Assembly: GCA_965140415.1 (NCBI GenBank)
Contig: OZ223209.1
Location: 1,568,001 to 1,632,000 of the forward strand
Length of the DNA: 64,000 nt
From: Myxococcota bacterium
GTDB lineage: Bacteria; Myxococcota_A; SURF-8
Direction: 5' to 3'
Of this stretch, positions 58,996-64,000 are shown one piece after another (the first letter of the stretch is position 1; each line of letters opens with the position of its first letter). The notes below the pieces were generated by a model. That model saw nothing but the letters and a program-made list of their open reading frames with translations. It ran no database searches and was not told the origin of the DNA. A program made the position numbers and the translations under genes.

Positions 58996-60066
58996 TCAGC
59001 GATCTCCGTCCGCCTCGTCCAGCGGCACCGCGTAATCCATGGGGTTGTAGGTGAAGAATTCGTCCTGTCGGGCGACCAGTTCTTCGCAGGAAAGATCCTC
59101 GGAGAGTTTGACGCCTTCGAACCGATGCAGGTCGGGGTTATCCATGTATTGCAGGTCCAGTTGCACGTCGAGCACCCAGGGATCGGCGTCTAGGGTGACC
59201 ATTTCGACTTCCGAACGGGTAGCGCCTTCCATCTTTCCGGGGCAGACCAGCGCACCATCCAGCACGCGCCAGAAGCGCATCACCACATAGACTTCTCCCT
59301 GCACAGCGCCATTGATTCGCGCCGTCAGACCGGGTTTGCCGTCGTTTTCGAAATCGACGACTTCCGGGGCTTCGGCATCGGTGGGTAAGGGATCGTAACG
59401 GGGGTCATCGTACATGCTGGCGTCCACGCCGTAAAGATCCAAAGCCGGAGGAGTGGTTAGAAATTCGCCGCCTTTTTCAAGTGCGGAAATGCTGGCGTGG
59501 CGGGGATTGACCGGGAAACTCTGGATGGCTACATCCGGGAAAATGACCTGGAAATCCTTGTCTTCCACTACATCCATATCGAAGCTGCAAATCTGTTCGG
59601 TAAAGGTAAAGTCGTTGCCGTCGTGTTCCGCCTGCAAACGCGCTACGCCGCTCATGACCATCTGAACTTTGCCGAAAATGGGATAGACACTGGTGTAGGC
59701 GATGGAAAAGCGCATGGTCCACAAACCCGAGAGATCTTCGTAACTGAAGTTGCCGTCACAGCCGAAATTGGGAGAATCCATATCGTAATCGATATCTCCA
59801 GGAGAGGAGTTTCCTTCAGAGTCTTCTTCTGCATCTCCGTCAGTAGCTGTACAGTTTCCATTGATACATTGCAGTCCCTCGTTGCAACTGGAGTCCAGGT
59901 AACATTTTTCTCCCTCGCCCCCATATTCGTCGTATTCGTTGCAAGCAATAACTACTGTTGTAAAAGCGAATATCAGTAGCAAGGCTGAAATAGGAAGACC
60001 GTGATATTGCTTCAAATAAAAGGAAGAACCATCAAGGTGGTTTCTGGATCGGATGTAACGGTTCAT
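58996..60066 (-). CDS. Hypothetical lipoprotein (paralog B) with a small Cys module
   Basis: RBS AGGAG before ATG 60066, lipobox VIAC, CYLDSSCNEGLQCINGNC, DGD linker and the same core as paralog A. Confidence 0.85.
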   Translation of the reverse strand: MNRYIRSRNHLDGSSFYLKQYHGLPISALLLIFAFTTVVIACNEYDEYGGEGEKCYLDSSCNEGLQCINGNCTATDGDAEEDSEGNSSPGDIDYDMDSPNFGCDGNFSYEDLSGLWTMRFSIAYTSVYPIFGKVQMVMSGVARLQAEHDGNDFTFTEQICSFDMDVVEDKDFQVIFPDVAIQSFPVNPRHASISALEKGGEFLTTPPALDLYGVDASMYDDPRYDPLPTDAEAPEVVDFENDGKPGLTARINGAVQGEVYVVMRFWRVLDGALVCPGKMEGATRSEVEMVTLDADPWVLDVQLDLQYMDNPDLHRFEGVKLSEDLSCEELVARQDEFFTYNPMDYAVPLDEADGDR

Positions 60067-60095
60067 GTCGGCGCTCCTGATCGATACGGATCGCG

Positions 60096-60140
60096 TTTTC
60101 AATTATTTCTGAAAATAGTAAAACATCAGGCAAGAGTCAA
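60096..60140 (-). promoter_or_regulatory. Sigma70-type promoter with overlapping operator (copy 2)
   Basis: TTTTCAATTATTTCTGAAAA at 60096-60115 and AGTCAA at 60135-60140; same spacing as copy 1. Confidence 0.7.
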
Positions 60141-60207
60141 GGTAAAAGTCCAGCTATAAAGAAAAGGGGTTGTAACATGTGAGAATTACAATTGATTGCA
60201 CTGGCTT

Positions 60208-61059
60208 TCAGGCTGTCGATTGTTGCTGGGCTACCGTCAGGAAACGTGCCAGTAAGCGCCCGAGTGCATGACGGCGGTAGTCCGCCTTGCTGCGGATGTC
60301 GTCGATCGGCGTGATTTCTTTTGTAGCGGCTTCGGCTGCTTTTTCGATGTGCTCGTGATCCAGCGGATTTCCAATGAGAATCGTTTCGGCCTGCTTCAGT
60401 CGCATGGCGACCGGACCGACGCTGCCTGCCGCTAACCGAGCATTGGCAACCAGGTTTCCTTTGAATTCAAGATACCCGGCCAGAGAGAGCTTGGAGATGG
60501 CCTGGGCCTGGCGCGGACCGAGTTTGAAGAAAGCGGAAACGGCTCCGTGAGGTGGCACGGGTGCCAAAACGGCAGTAAGCAGTTCGTCTTCGGCCAGATC
60601 CATAGTGCGGTAGCCGGTATAGAATTCTTGCAGCGGAACCACTCGTTCTCCGCGTGGTGAAGCGAGTCTGACCGAAGCGTCGTATACCAATAGCGGCGGA
60701 ACGAGATCCGCGGCGGGGCTGGCATTGACCAGGTTTCCGCCGATGGTTCCCATGTTCCGAATGCCGGGTGCGCCGATGCTTTCGGCAGCCTGCCCCAATG
60801 CTGGCAGATCGCGGCGGATGTGACCATCGCGTTCCAGCGCGGTGTGGGTCGTCATCGCGCCGATTTCGATATCCATTCCTTCGATCAGAATGCCGTAGAG
60901 CTCGTCGATTTCGTTGATGGTAATCAACTGCTCCGGTTTGTTTTCGCCGCCGTGAAACTGCGCCAGCAGATCGGTTCCGCCCGCAATATAGCGTGCATTG
61001 GGATGTTCCGTTTTGGCCTGCACGGCCTGGGCGACTGTTTTCGAGATCAGGATGTCCAT
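60208..61059 (-). CDS. Xanthine dehydrogenase family FAD-binding subunit
   Basis: IAGGTDL, IRNMGTIGGNLVNASPAAD and PIDDIRSKADYR motifs. Confidence 0.93.
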   Translation of the reverse strand: MDILISKTVAQAVQAKTEHPNARYIAGGTDLLAQFHGGENKPEQLITINEIDELYGILIEGMDIEIGAMTTHTALERDGHIRRDLPALGQAAESIGAPGIRNMGTIGGNLVNASPAADLVPPLLVYDASVRLASPRGERVVPLQEFYTGYRTMDLAEDELLTAVLAPVPPHGAVSAFFKLGPRQAQAISKLSLAGYLEFKGNLVANARLAAGSVGPVAMRLKQAETILIGNPLDHEHIEKAAEAATKEITPIDDIRSKADYRRHALGRLLARFLTVAQQQSTA

Positions 61060-61062
61060 CGT

Positions 61063-61533
61063 TTACCAACCTTTATCGGCTATCGCAGCCTGAACGGCCT
61101 CGATGATCATTTCGTAACCGGTGCAGCGACAGAGATTACCTGCCATGGCTGTTTGAATCTGCTCCCTTGTCGGTTCCGGTTCATAGGCCAACAACGCATA
61201 GGCAGCCATCATCATGCCGGGCGTACAGAAACCGCATTGCACCGCCTGCGCTTTTTCGAATCCACGCCGGATGCGCCCGCCTAATGGCGTCAACACCATG
61301 CCCTCCAGAGTCATGATCTGCGCATCGTTCGGCACGGTGGCCGCCAGTTGCAGGCAGGATAACACCAGTTGATCGTTAAGCAGGATGCTACAAGCACCAC
61401 ATTCGCCTTCGCCGCAGCCTTCCTTGGTTCCCATCAGATTCAGTTGATCGCGCAGCACGTCCAGCAGGCGCGCATCATCTTCGAATTGCAACGTGCGAGG
61501 GCGTTTGTTCACCCACCATTTCTTCTCGATCAT
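61063..61533 (-). CDS. Xanthine dehydrogenase family (2Fe-2S) subunit
   Basis: GCGEGECGAC, QCGFCTPG and NLCRCTGY motifs. Confidence 0.95.
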   Translation of the reverse strand: MIEKKWWVNKRPRTLQFEDDARLLDVLRDQLNLMGTKEGCGEGECGACSILLNDQLVLSCLQLAATVPNDAQIMTLEGMVLTPLGGRIRRGFEKAQAVQCGFCTPGMMMAAYALLAYEPEPTREQIQTAMAGNLCRCTGYEMIIEAVQAAIADKGW

Positions 61534-63785
61534 TGCCCGCCTCCTTGCTGCATGGCGGCGAAAATCCGCTCGGGCGTCACCGGGATCGTATTGACGGAGA
61601 CTCCCAGCGCCTGTTTGACGGCGTTACGCAGCGCCGCGGCGACGCCGTTCATCGGTAGTTCTCCCAGTCCCTTCGCTCCGCCAGGGCCGTGTGAATAGGG
61701 ATGTTCCAGAATGTTCAAGTGAATTTCGGGAATGTCGGCGGTTGTGGGGATAATGTACGTTTGCAGTTTGTTCTGCCGAAAGCGGCCATCCTCGATATCC
61801 ATGCTTTCGCACAGACCGTAGCCCAGCGCCTGCAAAGAACCGCCTTCCAACTGGCCGCGCGCCGCCACCGGATTGACTGCCCGTCCGATATCATAAGCCA
61901 GCCACAGGTTCAGGGGGCGTACTTCATAGGTGTCCACATCCACATCGACTTCCACTGCTACCGCACCCCAGGCGAAGACCGGATAGCTGCTTCCTTTATA
62001 GGTCTCTTCATTCCATTCGATGCCGGGCGGCATTTCGTATTGTTCTTCTACCTTGCCTTCGCCGTTTTTGCATAGCTGTCGGGCGGCTACGTTCCAGCGA
62101 AGCAGGTTACCGTCGGGCAAACGAAAATGTTCGCCTTCCCGTTTTGCGCCGTCACCGGCAAGAGCTTGCAGGCGCGCCAATAACGACCGCGCCGCCTTTT
62201 GCAGAATCGAACCGACGATCATGGTCGAGCGCGAGGCGACAGTCGGTCCCGAATTTGGAACGCGCGAGGTGTCGGGTAAGGGATATTTCACCCGCTCGAC
62301 AGGCAGGGCCAGTTCCTCCGCCACGATCTGCGGAAACACCGTTTGAACCCCCTGTCCCATTTCGGTATTAGCGGCCAGAATTTCCACCGTGCCATCCGGT
62401 TGTAGATTCAACGCCGCGCGCGATTTTAAATATTTTTCGCCGCTGCCGGTAAAGCCCGCACCGTGCAGGACCGTGGCGAATCCAAGCCCGCGCTTAGTGA
62501 AACCCGCCGGATCGGTGTTGATCTTTGCTATATGCGCCAGCCGCTTTTCCGCCTGGCAGTGCTGTAACACATCCTGCAAGCATTCCTGCGCGGCCACGCT
62601 TTCGGCCAGGATTTGTCCGGTAGCCATGGCGTCGCCGCTGTGCAGCAGGTTCACTTGCCGAATTTCGATGGGCGAACGGTTCAGGGCATGGGCGATGTCG
62701 TCGATGTGCGATTCCATGGCGAATTGCGTCTGCGGTGCGCCGAATCCGCGAAAAGCCCCGGAGGGCGGAATGTTCGACTGCACCGCGATGGCGTTGACTT
62801 CGACGTTCTTGCAGCGATACGGTCCCAGCGCGTGTAGAATTCCGCGCGAAAGCACTACCGGCGTTAGAGTGACGTATGCGCCCGCATCCATCACCACATC
62901 CACTTTGAGTGCCAGCAATTCGCCTTGATCATTTGCGCCGCTAGTGATGCGGGTGTAGCAACTGTGCCGCTTGGTGGTAACGGAAATGTCTTCCTCCCGG
63001 TTCAGCAACAGGCGCACCGGATGGCCGCTGGCGCGGGCCAACAGCGCCACATGCGCCGCCAGCAGGCTCGGATAATCTTCCTTGCCGCCGAAAGCGCCAC
63101 CGGTCGGAGCTTGTTCCACGATCACCCGTTCATCGTCTACGCCCAACACTTTCGCCACAGCCGGACGCACGTAATAGGGGCATTGCATCGATCCCAGACA
63201 GCGTTGCACACCGTGTTCATCCGGTGGTGTGGCCAGCATGGCCTGTGTTTCCAGGTATAAATGCTCCTGCGGTCCGGTAATGTATTCGCCTTCCGTTTGC
63301 TGCGTGGCCTGCGAGAATCCGGCTTGCAGGTCGCCATCGGAAATGCGGTAGCGGCTGAAAACGGTCAGACTGTCCGGGTTTTGCTTGTAGCGGGCCACGA
63401 TGTCATCGATGCCGCTTAAAATGGCGGATGGTTCCATCGTGACGTGCACGTGCTCGACGGCTTGTTTGGCGAGTTCGCGCGTGGGAGCGGCAATCAGCGC
63501 CAGCGGTTCACCTGCATAAAGGGCTTGTGTTTGCGCCAGACAGGGCATATCCGCCTCGATGATCTGGATGACGTTCTCGCCGGGGATGTCTTGCGGCAAT
63601 AGCAGCGTAACCTGCGACCAATCGAACGCATCGTCGGTTTGAACGGAAACGATACGCCCGGCGCATGTTGCGCGCACCGTGGCGGCGTGCCAGAGATCGT
63701 CGATCTTCAGGTCCGCCGAAAAGCGCAGCGTTCCCATTACCTTGTCTCTTCCATCGACCCGAGGGACGGCTTTTCCTATGCTCAC
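61530..63785 (-). CDS. Xanthine dehydrogenase family molybdopterin-binding subunit
   Basis: IGKAVPRVDG, GGAFGGK, AFRGFGAPQ, EMGQG, TVASRST, GQLEGG and GAKGLGE motifs. Confidence 0.95.
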   Translation of the reverse strand: MSIGKAVPRVDGRDKVMGTLRFSADLKIDDLWHAATVRATCAGRIVSVQTDDAFDWSQVTLLLPQDIPGENVIQIIEADMPCLAQTQALYAGEPLALIAAPTRELAKQAVEHVHVTMEPSAILSGIDDIVARYKQNPDSLTVFSRYRISDGDLQAGFSQATQQTEGEYITGPQEHLYLETQAMLATPPDEHGVQRCLGSMQCPYYVRPAVAKVLGVDDERVIVEQAPTGGAFGGKEDYPSLLAAHVALLARASGHPVRLLLNREEDISVTTKRHSCYTRITSGANDQGELLALKVDVVMDAGAYVTLTPVVLSRGILHALGPYRCKNVEVNAIAVQSNIPPSGAFRGFGAPQTQFAMESHIDDIAHALNRSPIEIRQVNLLHSGDAMATGQILAESVAAQECLQDVLQHCQAEKRLAHIAKINTDPAGFTKRGLGFATVLHGAGFTGSGEKYLKSRAALNLQPDGTVEILAANTEMGQGVQTVFPQIVAEELALPVERVKYPLPDTSRVPNSGPTVASRSTMIVGSILQKAARSLLARLQALAGDGAKREGEHFRLPDGNLLRWNVAARQLCKNGEGKVEEQYEMPPGIEWNEETYKGSSYPVFAWGAVAVEVDVDVDTYEVRPLNLWLAYDIGRAVNPVAARGQLEGGSLQALGYGLCESMDIEDGRFRQNKLQTYIIPTTADIPEIHLNILEHPYSHGPGGAKGLGELPMNGVAAALRNAVKQALGVSVNTIPVTPERIFAAMQQGGGQ

Positions 63786-63858
63786 GGTTCTCTCCTAATC
63801 GGGAATCGTTCAACGTGAAAGCAGTGTATCACGACGACGGCGTTTGCTTCCATGATTT

Positions 63859-63999
63859 TCAGGGTTTGTCCAGATCTTCGGGGCGATTGCAATTGGAACG
63901 TACGGCAGGATCTGGAACATCCACCAGGCGTACGCGTGCTTGATGCAATTGGTGGTCCAGCCGATTCGTCAGCGGGTCCAGTGTTAGCAGGTGACGTAC
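63859..63999 (-). CDS. C-terminal fragment of a probable MocA/MobA-like nucleotidyltransferase (runs off the window)
   Basis: Manual translation ...VRLVDVPDPAVRSNCNRPEDLDKP* resembles the (N/D)x(D/N)TPED end of this family; it lies directly upstream of the Mo-hydroxylase genes. Not in the ORF track. Confidence 0.6.
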   Translation of the reverse strand, partial: VRHLLTLDPLTNRLDHQLHQARVRLVDVPDPAVRSNCNRPEDLDKP

Positions 64000-64000
64000 G

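Noticed and set aside
61530-63785. Aerobic CO dehydrogenase CoxL
   Set aside because: The active-site loop is AFRGFG, not AYxCSFR.

Overview
A bacterial chromosomal window. The gene content (HDFNN-type hybrid kinases, a sigma54 activator, many Cys-rich acidic lipoproteins) suggests a Deltaproteobacteria/Myxococcota-like organism; this is inference only. From left to right: (1) a signalling block with a PAS hybrid kinase, an NtrC-type activator, a sigma54 promoter, a small ORF, an MCP and a second hybrid kinase; (2) uvrC, holA, lptE and lipoproteins; (3) an isochorismatase/flavoprotein pair, a peptidase-propeller-Omp85 protein and a Cys-rich lipoprotein; (4) an IS4 element sitting inside an inverted repeat, then a GPH-type MFS transporter; (5) a surface locus with an atypical pilin, a WecA-like transferase, a GT4, a ~2900-aa Cys-rich lipoprotein and two convergent GT-C/ArnT-like transferases; (6) serA-purA with a structured leader; (7) large lipoproteins, a metal permease-HMA fusion behind a 75-bp tandem duplication, and a REC-HD-GYP-PilZ-PilZ protein; (8) FadL plus two paralogous lipoproteins that share a promoter/operator; (9) a xanthine-dehydrogenase-family Mo-hydroxylase cluster. 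I saw no rRNA, tRNA or CRISPR array. The best candidates for undescribed biology are the giant Cys-rich lipoprotein/glycosylation locus, the shared DGD acidic tether of unrelated lipoproteins, and the FadL-lipoprotein regulon. All product calls come from motifs read by eye, with no database search.
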